Assembly (NCBI GenBank): GCA_017416425.1
Contig: JAFQCL010000029.1
Location: forward strand, 28,703 to 92,702
Source: Clostridia bacterium
Lineage (GTDB): Bacteria; Bacillota; Clostridia; Christensenellales; CAG-138
Direction of reading: 5' to 3'
DNA length: 64,000 bases
Part shown: positions 45,792 to 54,929 of the stretch, piece by piece
Numbering within the stretch: position 1 is the first letter of the stretch
Layout of the letters: the number at the start of each line of letters is the position of its first letter
Notes under the pieces: model-generated
Database searches by the model: none
What the model was told of the DNA's origin: nothing
What the model saw: only the letters and a program-made list of their open reading frames with translations
Position numbers and translations under genes: made by a program

Positions 45792-46577
45792 ATGAAACTT
45801 TGTCCCCTTTTTAGCGGTTCTTCGGGAAATTCAACATACCTTGAATGCGGCAAAAAAAGTTTTTTAATAGATGCCGGTATGCCTGCAAAGCATATCGAAA
45901 ACGCGCTTGCGCTCGCGGGGAGTGATATGTCAAAGATTTCGGGTATACTTATAACGCATGAGCATATCGATCATGTGCGCGGAGTGGGAGTGCTTGCAAG
46001 GAGATACCGCACACCGATATACGCGAATGAAGCTACATTTAAAGCGCTTCCATCGGCAGTGGGAAATATACCCGAGAGCTGCTTGCGCTATATTGCATCT
46101 GATTGTGATTTTTTTATAGGCGATGCCAGGATCCAGCCCTTTAGGACGCCCCATGACGCTACTGAATCCGTGGGCTACACCATATTCCATGGCGGAGCGC
46201 AGGCAAGCGTACTTACGGATATAGGTCATGTAACGGATAGGCTTCTATCCTCCCTATATGGCTCAAGACTTGTTCTTATCGAATCCAATCACGATGTGGA
46301 TATGCTAAGAGCCGGCCCCTATCCTTATGAATTAAAGAGGAGGATACTTGGTAATAACGGCCATCTGTCAAACAAAGCATGTGGGCAGGCACTTGTGCGT
46401 CTTTATAAGAGCGGGGTGCGCATGGCGATACTGGGACACTTAAGCGCTGAAAACAACCATGAACAGCTTGCATATGAAACAGTACGAGAAATACTTCGCG
46501 CTGAGGACATATATGATGAGCGTCTGCATATTTCGGTGGCGCACAGAGACAGACCTTTAGGCATTTTTGAGCTATAA
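45792..46577 (+). CDS. MBL-fold metallo-hydrolase (YycJ/WalJ-like)
   Basis: MKLCPLFSGSSGNSTYL...ITHEHIDHVRG motif. ATG 45792 lies 5 nt after GGAGA. Confidence 0.75.
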   Translation: MKLCPLFSGSSGNSTYLECGKKSFLIDAGMPAKHIENALALAGSDMSKISGILITHEHIDHVRGVGVLARRYRTPIYANEATFKALPSAVGNIPESCLRYIASDCDFFIGDARIQPFRTPHDATESVGYTIFHGGAQASVLTDIGHVTDRLLSSLYGSRLVLIESNHDVDMLRAGPYPYELKRRILGNNGHLSNKACGQALVRLYKSGVRMAILGHLSAENNHEQLAYETVREILRAEDIYDERLHISVAHRDRPLGIFEL

Positions 46578-46599
46578 TGTAATAAAAAGGAGGTATGAA

Positions 46600-47550
46600 A
46601 TGAAACAAGGCAACAGAGCGGGGCTATTTATGCTCGTATCCATAGGACTTTACCTTTTGATGTCGCTGGTGCTTGGCATAGCAATGATCGTGTTTCCCCA
46701 AATCATGCATGATTATGTTACGATGATAGGCGCAAGCTCCATAGTAGTTACGCTTCCCGCGATACTCATGCCGGGATTGCTCACAATGAGAAAGCCCTAT
46801 AAGCGGTTTGGCTTTCAGGGCACAAGCATAGGCGTAATACTTTTAAGTTTAGTCCTTTCCGTAGGTGTGTTTTTCTTAAGTACGGGTGTAAACTCATTTA
46901 TGACGCTTCTTGCGGAGACCCTTGGAGCAAATTCCGATGTGTATTCGCAAAACCTTATGGGAGCAAATAGCCTTGAGGGTTTTTTGCTTTTAACGCTTTT
47001 TGTCGCTGTTATACCCGCTGTCTGTGAGGAACTCTTCTTCCGCGGGGCGCTTTTAAACTCCTGGAGGGGTCTTGGCAGAAAAAACGCCATATTGATAACT
47101 ACCGTCTTATTCTCGCTTATGCACTTAACGCCCATGTCGCTTCCAAGCTTTCTTATAATAGGCTACATACTTGGTAGTTTAGCGTATGATTCACGCTCGG
47201 TGCTTCCAAGCATGCTGGTGCATTTTGTACATAACTTTATAACCGTTGTAATTCTCTGCCTGCCGATAGATGTCGCGGCGCAGGATGAAGCCGCTCTTGC
47301 GGTAAGCCCGACCGATACCATCATAGCCGGCGGAATAATGACTGCGCTTGGTATTATAATAACCGTTATATCATGGATAGCTATAAGATCAAGGCTCAAG
47401 GCCTATCAAAAGCGTATTGAACCTTGTGAAACGGCAGTTTTGGAGATAATAGAGCCCAGCCATACGCTTAGAGCCTATATCACCATATCGGGCATAATAC
47501 TCCTTGCGCTTAATGTGATAATGCTTCTGCTTTCGTTTATACAAGTATGA
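46600..47550 (+). CDS. CPBP-family intramembrane glutamic endopeptidase (CAAX protease-like)
   Basis: EELFFRG, FSLMH and HFVHN motifs in a polytopic protein. ATG 46600 follows AAAGGAGG. Confidence 0.75.
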   Translation: MKQGNRAGLFMLVSIGLYLLMSLVLGIAMIVFPQIMHDYVTMIGASSIVVTLPAILMPGLLTMRKPYKRFGFQGTSIGVILLSLVLSVGVFFLSTGVNSFMTLLAETLGANSDVYSQNLMGANSLEGFLLLTLFVAVIPAVCEELFFRGALLNSWRGLGRKNAILITTVLFSLMHLTPMSLPSFLIIGYILGSLAYDSRSVLPSMLVHFVHNFITVVILCLPIDVAAQDEAALAVSPTDTIIAGGIMTALGIIITVISWIAIRSRLKAYQKRIEPCETAVLEIIEPSHTLRAYITISGIILLALNVIMLLLSFIQV

Positions 47551-48026
47551 CCATTCGGATAATTTGCATAGGAAGGCTTAAGGAGCGCTTTTTACAGGAT
47601 GCTCAGGCTGAGTTTTTAAAAAGGCTCTCTCGCTTTGCGACGGTGGAGGTTTTAGAGCTGCCCGATGAAAAGGCGCCTGAGCAGCTTTCTTCTACGCAGA
47701 AGGACCTGATAAAGCGCAAAGAAGGTGAGCGCATACTTTCAAAGGTCACGGATGGCGATCATCTTATAGCAACGGTCATAGACGGAGCAGGCTTTACAAG
47801 CGAGCAGTTTTCAAAAAAGCTTAGCGACTGCATGTTGAACGGTAAAAGCCGCATAGCGTTTGCCATAGGTGGTTCGCTGGGGCTTTCTTTTGAAGTGATA
47901 TCGCGTGCGGATATTCTGATTTCGTTTTCACCGATGACATTTACGCATCAGCTTTTTCGCATTATGCTGCTTGAGCAGATATATAGAGCATTTAAGATAA
48001 TGAATAATGAGCCTTATCATAAATAG
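47547..48026 (+). CDS. rlmH: 23S rRNA (pseudouridine1915-N3)-methyltransferase
   Basis: 159 aa SPOUT protein: IICIGRLKE...IAFAIGGSLG...SFSPMTFTHQLFRIMLLEQIYRAF. Confidence 0.85.
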   Translation: MTIRIICIGRLKERFLQDAQAEFLKRLSRFATVEVLELPDEKAPEQLSSTQKDLIKRKEGERILSKVTDGDHLIATVIDGAGFTSEQFSKKLSDCMLNGKSRIAFAIGGSLGLSFEVISRADILISFSPMTFTHQLFRIMLLEQIYRAFKIMNNEPYHK

Positions 48027-48049
48027 GGCTTACTTTAGGATGACCTGCT

Positions 48050-48556
48050 ATGACTGAAAATGAACTTAGAGCATGTGAGTTTTTAACTGAAAATAACATA
48101 GAATATACCTATTATGAGCATGAAGCGGCAGTAACGATGGAACTATGCGATCTTATCGATATGAAAACGGGTGCGTATCACTGTAAGAACCTGTTTATGA
48201 CAAACCGAGCAAAAACGCTTTTTTATCTGGTACTGATGCTGCCGCACAGACGCTTTAAAACCGCTGAAGTGAGTAAAAAGCTTGGCGTATCAAGGCTAAG
48301 CTTTGCGGATGATGAGCTTCTTTTTAAGCGTATGGGGTTAATGCCCGGCGCTGTTACGCCGCTTGGGCTTTTAAACGATGCAGAGCATGTTATAAACGTA
48401 GCGGTGGATAAGGCGCTGCTTGAGTCTGAGTACATATGCATACATCCGATGGTAAGCACAGCTTCTTTAAAGCTTAAAACGTGTGAGATGCTGCGTTTTA
48501 TACGCATTTTAGGCTATGAACCAAAGCTTATAGAGCTTATCAATCAGGATGAATAG
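48050..48556 (+). CDS. YbaK/prolyl-tRNA-synthetase-associated editing-domain protein
   Basis: 168 aa. Pattern KNLFM....LVLM...R....EVSKKLG..RLSFA....L....G..PGAVTP.GL is typical of YbaK/ProX-type deacylases. Confidence 0.6.
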   Translation: MTENELRACEFLTENNIEYTYYEHEAAVTMELCDLIDMKTGAYHCKNLFMTNRAKTLFYLVLMLPHRRFKTAEVSKKLGVSRLSFADDELLFKRMGLMPGAVTPLGLLNDAEHVINVAVDKALLESEYICIHPMVSTASLKLKTCEMLRFIRILGYEPKLIELINQDE

Positions 48557-49085
48557 ATCAAAGCTTAAAAAAATCATGCTGACCGCCCTAAATGCGGCTA
48601 TACTCTGTATACTGGCTCCGCTTAGCATACCGGTCGGTACTGTTCCAATATCGCTGGCAACGCTTGCTGTCTATTTTATAGGCATAATATTACCGCCTTT
48701 TTTAGCGCTGTCATCAGTGCTGTGCTATATACTGTTAGGCGCTGTAGGTCTTCCCGTTTTTTCGGGCTTTACAGGGGGGATATCTGTACTGCTTGGACCG
48801 ACAGGCGGCTATATAATGGGCTACATACCCTGCATTCTTATAATATCCTTTTTGGCGAAAAAATGTGAAAAGAAGCCCTATATTTTGGCAATGGTTTTAA
48901 TTTTAGGTACACTTTCCTGTTATTTTTTTGGCACATTATTCTTTATGATCCAAGCAAACTGCGGATTTTTTGAAGCGCTTTTTACATGTGTATTGCCATT
49001 TTTTCTCGGCGATGCTTTGAAAATCGCATGCACTTTGGCAGTTGCGCCAAAGCTTAGACAAAAACTGATCGAGCGTATATATTGA
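48549..49085 (+). CDS. bioY: Biotin transporter BioY (ECF S-component)
   Basis: 178 aa, about 6 TM helices. PVGTVPISLATLAVYF...LGPTGGYIMGY motif. Confidence 0.8.
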   Translation: MNRSKLKKIMLTALNAAILCILAPLSIPVGTVPISLATLAVYFIGIILPPFLALSSVLCYILLGAVGLPVFSGFTGGISVLLGPTGGYIMGYIPCILIISFLAKKCEKKPYILAMVLILGTLSCYFFGTLFFMIQANCGFFEALFTCVLPFFLGDALKIACTLAVAPKLRQKLIERIY

Positions 49086-49110
49086 CATCCTGGGCGTTAT
49101 ATGCTAAACT
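49082..49110 (+). promoter_or_regulatory. Promoter of the ABC-F leader
   Basis: TTGACA (49082-87), 17 nt spacer, TAAACT (49105-10). Overlaps the bioY stop. Confidence 0.55.
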
Positions 49111-49139
49111 ACTTTAAATATCTATATTGGGGTGAAAAA

Positions 49140-49148
49140 ATGAGATAA
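49140..49148 (+). CDS. Mini-uORF 1 in the ABC-F leader (Met-Arg-stop)
   Basis: GGGGTG SD, 5 nt later ATG AGA TAA. Confidence 0.35.
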   Translation: MR

Positions 49149-49178
49149 CTTTCTTGCTTGTATTTTGAGGCGATTAAA

Positions 49179-49199
49179 ATGGGGGTGCATAGACCCTGA
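49179..49199 (+). CDS. Mini-uORF 2 in the ABC-F leader (MGVHRP)
   Basis: GAGG 8 nt upstream. ATG GGG GTG CAT AGA CCC TGA. Confidence 0.3.
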   Translation: MGVHRP

Positions 49200-49293
49200 T
49201 TTTAATTTACCAAAAAGTTTCAAAGCAAGCGGGAGAGTGTGCGTTTTTTTGCTGACATTATACGGTATTGATCTTTTTTGAAATACCTCTTTT

Positions 49294-49330
49294 TCGGCGT
49301 TAAAGCGACCCGCTTGAAGCCGATTTTTTT
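49294..49330 (+). terminator. Leader attenuator terminator immediately upstream of the ABC-F SD
   Basis: TCGGC-g-TT-a-AAGCG-acc-CGCTT-g-AA-GCCGA gives about 12 bp with one bulge and one mismatch, followed by T7 (49324-30). An alternative pairing is CAAGCGGG (49226-33) with CCCGCTTG (49309-16). Confidence 0.6.
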
Positions 49331-49347
49331 GATTTGGAGGTAATTTT

Positions 49348-50835
49348 ATGTCACTTATAAGCGTTTTTGATTTGACTTTCGCATATGATGGCAGCTATGA
49401 CAATGTATTTGAGAATGTGAGCTTTCAGATAGATACAGACTGGCGGCTTGGATTTATCGGAAGAAATGGCAGAGGCAAGACCACCTTTTTAAAACTCTTA
49501 TCCGGTGAGCTTACATCTGGGGGAAGCATATCCGCAAGCGTTGACTTCTCATATTTTCCATATGATGTAAAGGATAAGAGCGTGGACACGATCGATGTAG
49601 TAGCAAAGATATACCCTGAGTATGAGCTGTGGCAGCTTTTGCGTGAGCTTTCTCTGCTGGAAGTTGATAAGGATGTGCTTAACAGGCGCTTTGATACGCT
49701 TTCGGAAGGCGAAAAAACAAAGGTGCTGCTTGCCGTCATGTTTATGCGCGAAAATAATTTTTTGCTGATAGACGAGCCCACAAATCACCTTGACATGAAG
49801 GGCAGGGAGGTAGTAAGCAGATATCTTAGCGGTAAAAAGGGCTTTATACTCGTATCGCATGACAGGGCTTTCCTTGATGGGTGTATAGATCATGTGCTTT
49901 CGATAAACAGGATGAATATTGAGGTGCAAAAGGGCAATTTTTCATCATGGCTTGAAAATAAAAGGCGCCTTGACGCTTTTGAAATGGCTGAAAACGAAAA
50001 GCTGCAAAGGGAGATAGGCAGGCTTAAGGATACCATCGCACAAAAAACCGCATGGTCAGACAGAGCGGAGCGAAAAAAGGTAGGTATAGACCCAAATGAG
50101 GTGGATAGCAAAAAGGGTCATAGAGCGCTTTGGGGGGCAAAATCAAAGAAGCTGATGAGCAGAGCCAAGGCCATAGAGCAGCGCCGTGAAAAAGCCATAC
50201 AGGAAAAATCCAAGCTGCTTTTAAACATAGACCACAATGAGGAGCTTAAGATCGCCCAGCTTGAGTATCACAGAAAAAGACTCATATCGCTGTCAAATGT
50301 CAGAATAGTATATGACGATGAACCTGTGAATGAGGCGGTAACTTTCACCATTGAGCAGGGGGATAGAATAGCGATATTCGGAAAAAATGGGTCGGGAAAA
50401 TCCAGCATAATAAAGCTGATATGCAGTGAAGGAATACCCTATGACGGTGAGATCATAAGGGGAAGCAGCATTAAAATATCGTATGTTCCGCAGGACACGT
50501 CTATGCTATCCGGCAGCCTTGCCGAGTTTGCTGCTAAAAGCGGCGTAGATGAAACGCTATTTAAGACCATACTCAGAAAGCTTGATTTTGAGAGGATACA
50601 GTTTGACAAGGATATGCGGCATTTTAGCGCGGGACAAAGAAAAAAGGTACTGATCGCAAGAAGTCTTTCCGAAAAGGCGCACCTTCATGTGTGGGATGAA
50701 CCCATGAACTATATAGATGTGATATCAAGAATGCAGATCGAGGCGCTGCTTTTAAAATTTCGCCCTACGATACTGTTTGTTGAGCATGATAAAGCATTCT
50801 GTGATATGATAGCAACAAAGTTTATCAGGCTTTGA
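49348..50835 (+). CDS. ABC-F family ATPase, Lsa-like (candidate ribosomal-protection antibiotic resistance protein)
   Basis: 495 aa with two ABC cassettes and no TM domain. GRNGRGKTT/LSEGEKTKV/LLIDEPTNHLD and GKNGSGKSS/FSAGQRKKV/HVWDEPMNYID. Basic inter-domain linker. Overall pattern resembles what I recall of Lsa(A) (FAYD, VSHDRAFLD, LAENEK). Confidence 0.75.
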   Translation: MSLISVFDLTFAYDGSYDNVFENVSFQIDTDWRLGFIGRNGRGKTTFLKLLSGELTSGGSISASVDFSYFPYDVKDKSVDTIDVVAKIYPEYELWQLLRELSLLEVDKDVLNRRFDTLSEGEKTKVLLAVMFMRENNFLLIDEPTNHLDMKGREVVSRYLSGKKGFILVSHDRAFLDGCIDHVLSINRMNIEVQKGNFSSWLENKRRLDAFEMAENEKLQREIGRLKDTIAQKTAWSDRAERKKVGIDPNEVDSKKGHRALWGAKSKKLMSRAKAIEQRREKAIQEKSKLLLNIDHNEELKIAQLEYHRKRLISLSNVRIVYDDEPVNEAVTFTIEQGDRIAIFGKNGSGKSSIIKLICSEGIPYDGEIIRGSSIKISYVPQDTSMLSGSLAEFAAKSGVDETLFKTILRKLDFERIQFDKDMRHFSAGQRKKVLIARSLSEKAHLHVWDEPMNYIDVISRMQIEALLLKFRPTILFVEHDKAFCDMIATKFIRL

Positions 50836-50953
50836 TATGATCACCACAACCAGTAAAGGCTCCTTAAGTGATCTTTGCACTCAAAAGGAGCCTTTTTTTT
50901 TCGCGGCCGTGGCCAATTATGGAATAAAAAGACTTTTCGCTGATAGCAAGGCT

Positions 50954-51538
50954 TCATGGCAGGTCGAATTCACGGTCGATGCTTGCTCGAACTACCCCAA
51001 GCGCATTTTCGTTATACGGCATCTCGCCATTATCAAACATAAGAGCGGCTCCGAATATGAGCGATCTTACGACATAGAGCTTACGAAATTTGATCTCGGC
51101 CGGCATGTTGACCGATTCACAATACCTTTCCACAAGCTGCTGCGTGAGGCTTGTAAGCTCGCCGCGCAATTTGTGATATGTATTATCAAAGTTATCGTCC
51201 TTTAGCATAAGTATGGAGCGAAAATGAGGGTTTTCTACCAGAAATTTCACATAGCTCACGCTTATTCCGACTATCTGCGATCTTAGGCTGCCTCTGTTTT
51301 CCTCGACTATACGGAGCTGCTGCTCGCGCCATTGCGTATTTATATACTCTATTATGGCGGCTAAAAATCCATTTCGATCTCCAAAATGCTTTGCGGGAGC
51401 CGCGCAGGACACACCGCAGGCCATCGCTACACGGCGTATGGACAGGCCTGACAGGCCATATTTATTTATCTCAGCGATGCCGGCCTTTATAAGATCGACT
51501 CTTTTACTTCCGCGTCTATGCTTTTGTGGGGTCTCCAT
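50954..51538 (-). CDS. TetR/AcrR-family transcriptional regulator
   Basis: 194 aa. N-terminal HTH (LIKAGIAEINKYGLSGLSIRRVAMACGVSCAAPAKHF). Last gene of the fab/acc gene string. Confidence 0.8.
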   Translation of the reverse strand: METPQKHRRGSKRVDLIKAGIAEINKYGLSGLSIRRVAMACGVSCAAPAKHFGDRNGFLAAIIEYINTQWREQQLRIVEENRGSLRSQIVGISVSYVKFLVENPHFRSILMLKDDNFDNTYHKLRGELTSLTQQLVERYCESVNMPAEIKFRKLYVVRSLIFGAALMFDNGEMPYNENALGVVRASIDREFDLP

Positions 51539-51591
51539 AGATAGTACTCCATTACTTTGGGTTATATTTTATTTAGGGTATAGGACTGACT

Positions 51592-53232
51592 TTAAGCTCC
51601 ATGCCTTTTTCTAAGCTTGGCCTTACATATTTTACCGCTTATGGTCTTAGGCATTTCGGAAACAAACTCTATTATGCGAATCCACTTGTATTCTGCAAGC
51701 CTTGCGTTACAGAATTCCCGGATATCCTTTTCAAGCTCTAAAGAAGCAGAATAGCCCGGAGCCTGCACGATAAATGCCTTAATAGACTGACCGCGCAAGG
51801 GATCCGGAACGCCTATTACGCTGCATTCCAGCACCGCAGGGTGCTTTAAGAGTATGTTTTCAACTTCATATGGTCCAATACGAAAGCCACCACTTTTAAT
51901 TATATCATCAAATCTTCCATGAAACCATAAAAAACCGTTTTCATCCTTATACGCTGCATCACCTGTGTGATATACTCCATCCGAAAATGCCTGCTCATAT
52001 AGCTTGCTGTTATCAAGGTATCCTATGAAAAGCCCCGGTATAGGCTTATCATTTTTAGGTATAACAACAATCTCGCCTATCTCGCCAACGGGAACCTCAA
52101 GGCCATCCTTTCCCCTCAGCTCTATCCTATATAGAGGAGAGGGTTTTCCAAGCGACCCGTCGGCTAAGTCGTTTTCATCAAAATTTGCCGTAAGCAGGGT
52201 GGTTTCCGTTTGACCGTAGCCTTCTCTTAAGGTAAGACCGGTACGCTCGAAAAATTTACTAAACACTTCGGGGCTTAAAAATTCACCTGCGGTTGTAGCA
52301 TGGCGAAGTTTCGGCATGGAGGGGGTGCTTTTTCGCACGAGATAGCGGTAGATGGTCGGCGGTGCGCAAAATGAGGTCACACCATAGCGGTTTATAACGG
52401 TCACGAGCTGTTTTGGGTCAAAATTATCAAAATCAAACACCATTACGGCGCTGCCGACCAGCCATTGTCCATAGAGCTTGCCCCATGAAGCTTTAGCCCA
52501 GCCTGTTTCGGATACGGTAAAATGAAGACCGCCATCCTCGGCATGCTGCCAGTGCTTTGCCGTTACTATGTGGGCAAGGGGGTATGTGAAGTCGTGTATT
52601 ACCCCTTTGGGATAGCCTGTGGTGCCGGATGTAAAATACATGACCATGGGGTCGTGAGCAAGCGTGGGCTGTCTTTCAAATTCGGCGCTTGCGGCTTTCA
52701 TGGAGGTGGTCAGATTTAAAAATCCGGGTATATCCTTTTGCACGCTGAAAAGCTTGCAGGGGATATTGAGGCTTAAAACGGCGTCTAAAGCCTTTTTTGG
52801 CACCTCATCCATGGGGGTGCATATGATAGCGCTTACCTTTGCGCTTCGGATACGGTATATAAAATCCTCGGTAGTCAGCATGTGAGTTACGGGTATGAGC
52901 ATAGCGCCTATCTTATGAAGGGCTATTGCACAAAACCAGTATTCATAGTGCCTTTTAAGTGCGACGATCACCCTGTCGCCCCTTTTTATACCTGCGTCCT
53001 TCAGCGCGTTTGCGGCTCGGTTGCTCTCGTTTTTTATATCACGAAAAGTAAACACACGCTCTTTGTCATTGGCATTACACCAAAAGAGCGCCTTTTTATC
53101 GGGCTCTTTATCCGCTATGGCATCCACCACATCGTAGCCAAAGTTGAAATCATCGTTAAAGCTTATGTCTATATCTGTTATTTTGCCGTTTTCATCGGTT
53201 ATTTCTCTGTAAAAATTTTGATATATGCTCAT
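51592..53232 (-). CDS. AMP-forming acyl-CoA synthetase (medium-chain/ACSM-like)
   Basis: 546 aa. YFTSGTTGYPKG AMP-binding motif and GYGQTET, TGD...DGF.WF.GR.DD.IK.GG motifs. The ATG overlaps the accA stop (ATGA). Confidence 0.8.
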   Translation of the reverse strand: MSIYQNFYREITDENGKITDIDISFNDDFNFGYDVVDAIADKEPDKKALFWCNANDKERVFTFRDIKNESNRAANALKDAGIKRGDRVIVALKRHYEYWFCAIALHKIGAMLIPVTHMLTTEDFIYRIRSAKVSAIICTPMDEVPKKALDAVLSLNIPCKLFSVQKDIPGFLNLTTSMKAASAEFERQPTLAHDPMVMYFTSGTTGYPKGVIHDFTYPLAHIVTAKHWQHAEDGGLHFTVSETGWAKASWGKLYGQWLVGSAVMVFDFDNFDPKQLVTVINRYGVTSFCAPPTIYRYLVRKSTPSMPKLRHATTAGEFLSPEVFSKFFERTGLTLREGYGQTETTLLTANFDENDLADGSLGKPSPLYRIELRGKDGLEVPVGEIGEIVVIPKNDKPIPGLFIGYLDNSKLYEQAFSDGVYHTGDAAYKDENGFLWFHGRFDDIIKSGGFRIGPYEVENILLKHPAVLECSVIGVPDPLRGQSIKAFIVQAPGYSASLELEKDIREFCNARLAEYKWIRIIEFVSEMPKTISGKICKAKLRKRHGA

Positions 53233-54062
53233 TCAACGCTCCCTTGAATAGTATCTTTTTCAGCGGGGTCTTTCTCTTTGGGGTCATTTTGCATGCCGAA
53301 CTTTCTGAAGCGCTTATATCGATTATCCAGCAGCTTCGGATCCATATTTAAAACGTCAAGCTCATGCAAAAGCTTTTCCTTGATCCTTTGATAGAAGGTA
53401 CTTTCGCCTAAATTTGTTTCGGAAAGTATATCCTCTATAATGCCGTAGTAAAGCGCGTCCTGCGCCGTAAGCTTTAAGCAGGCGGCTGCCTGAGCAGCCT
53501 TGCTCGGGTCTTTCCAAAGTATGTTCGCGCAGCCCTCGGGCGATATCACCGAATACACGGCATTTTCAAGCATATACACCCTGTCCGCAACGGCAAGCGC
53601 CAAAGCTCCGCCGCTTCCGCCCTCGCCTATGAGTATGGATATAATGGGCACATTCAGCGTCATCATTGTCATAAGATTTTCGGCTATGGCCTGACCTTGA
53701 CCGTGAGCTTCAGCCTCTATGCCGCAATAAGCGCCCGATGTATCCACAAAGCATATTATAGGGCGCTTAAATTTCTCAGCCTGCTTCATAAGCCTGAGCG
53801 CTTTTCTATAGCCCTCGGGATTGGGCGAGCCAAATGAACGAAGCGTGCGTTCCTTTGCGCTGCGCCCTTTTTCGATAGCTATTACGGTGACGGGAAGCGA
53901 ATTTAAGAACGCTACGCCCGCTACTATGGCGGCGTCATCCGAATAACGCCTGTCGCCGTGAAGCTCCAAAAAGTCCGTAAATATGCCGCGTATGAAATCA
54001 AGTCCGGTGGGACGATCGTTTCCGCGTGCTATTTTCACCTTGTCATATGCGGTCTTATTCAT
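53229..54062 (-). CDS. accA: Acetyl-CoA carboxylase carboxyltransferase subunit alpha
   Basis: PNPEGYRKALRLMKQAEKF..PIICFVDTSGAY...GEGGSGGALA. Confidence 0.85.
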   Translation of the reverse strand: MNKTAYDKVKIARGNDRPTGLDFIRGIFTDFLELHGDRRYSDDAAIVAGVAFLNSLPVTVIAIEKGRSAKERTLRSFGSPNPEGYRKALRLMKQAEKFKRPIICFVDTSGAYCGIEAEAHGQGQAIAENLMTMMTLNVPIISILIGEGGSGGALALAVADRVYMLENAVYSVISPEGCANILWKDPSKAAQAAACLKLTAQDALYYGIIEDILSETNLGESTFYQRIKEKLLHELDVLNMDPKLLDNRYKRFRKFGMQNDPKEKDPAEKDTIQGSVE

Positions 54063-54925
54063 GCTGTCCCTCTCATTGGATGATGCATCTTTAAAAGCTT
54101 TGTAAGTACGGATTTTTGTGTATGCCTTGGTACTATCGCGTCAACAAATCCGTGTTCAAGCAGAAATTCTGCGGTCTGAAAGCCCCTTGGAAGCGGCTTT
54201 CTTGTGGTCTGCTCGACTATGCGCGCCCCCGCAAAGCCTATGGTCGCTCTGGGCTCCGCGAGTATTATGTCGCCCTCCATGGCAAAGCTTGCCGTGACGC
54301 CGCCCGTTGTGGGATCCGTAAGAACAGGTATGTAAAGAAGTCCCGCATCGCTGTGTCTTTTTACAGCTCCGCTGGTTTTTGCCATTTGCATCAAAGAGAG
54401 AATGCCCTCCTGCATGCGCGCTCCGCCGGATACCGTATAGCCTATTACGGGCAGGCGGTTTTGCTGAGCGAACTCAAACAGGCTTGTTATCTTTTCACCA
54501 ACAGCCGTACCCATGCTTCCCATCATGAAATATGATTCCATCACGAAAATGCAGCAATCATACCCGCCAATAGCGGCTATTCCGCATACAACGGCTTCGA
54601 CTTCACCGCTTGCGGCACAGACCGTTTCCATCTTCTGGGTGTATCCTGGGAAATTAAGCGGATCGGCTGCCTTTATGCCGCAAAACAGCTCGAAAAAGGA
54701 GTCCTTATCCGTTATGAAGTGTATGCGCTGCCTTGCGGTCATCCTGAAATGATATCCGCATGGGCATGTATTATGATTTGCCCAAAGTCTGCTGAGCGGT
54801 ATGGGTTTTCTGCAATTGGGACATGTCTTTTCGGGCTCGCCCGCATCCTCCTGTATGGGCGCAGCCATACGGCCTTCCTTTTCCAGCTCGTTTTGAGGTC
54901 TGTGAGTAAAGCTTAAAAGCGGCAT
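54059..54925 (-). CDS. accD: Acetyl-CoA carboxylase carboxyltransferase subunit beta
   Basis: N-terminal Zn ribbon CPNC...CPCG and a carboxyltransferase domain (MGSMG...SGGARMQEG). Confidence 0.85.
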   Translation of the reverse strand: MPLLSFTHRPQNELEKEGRMAAPIQEDAGEPEKTCPNCRKPIPLSRLWANHNTCPCGYHFRMTARQRIHFITDKDSFFELFCGIKAADPLNFPGYTQKMETVCAASGEVEAVVCGIAAIGGYDCCIFVMESYFMMGSMGTAVGEKITSLFEFAQQNRLPVIGYTVSGGARMQEGILSLMQMAKTSGAVKRHSDAGLLYIPVLTDPTTGGVTASFAMEGDIILAEPRATIGFAGARIVEQTTRKPLPRGFQTAEFLLEHGFVDAIVPRHTQKSVLTKLLKMHHPMRGTA

Positions 54926-54929
54926 ATTG

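Noticed and set aside
45423-45853. Two minus-strand ORFs (76 and 67 aa) in the same intergenic region
   Set aside because: They have no SD and odd composition (Leu/Phe/Pro-rich, no predicted domain). One also overlaps the start of the plus-strand MBL gene.
50837-51205. 122-aa plus-strand ORF directly after the ABC-F gene
   Set aside because: It overlaps the C-terminal half of the well-supported minus-strand TetR gene and has no recognisable motifs, so I treat it as a shadow ORF.
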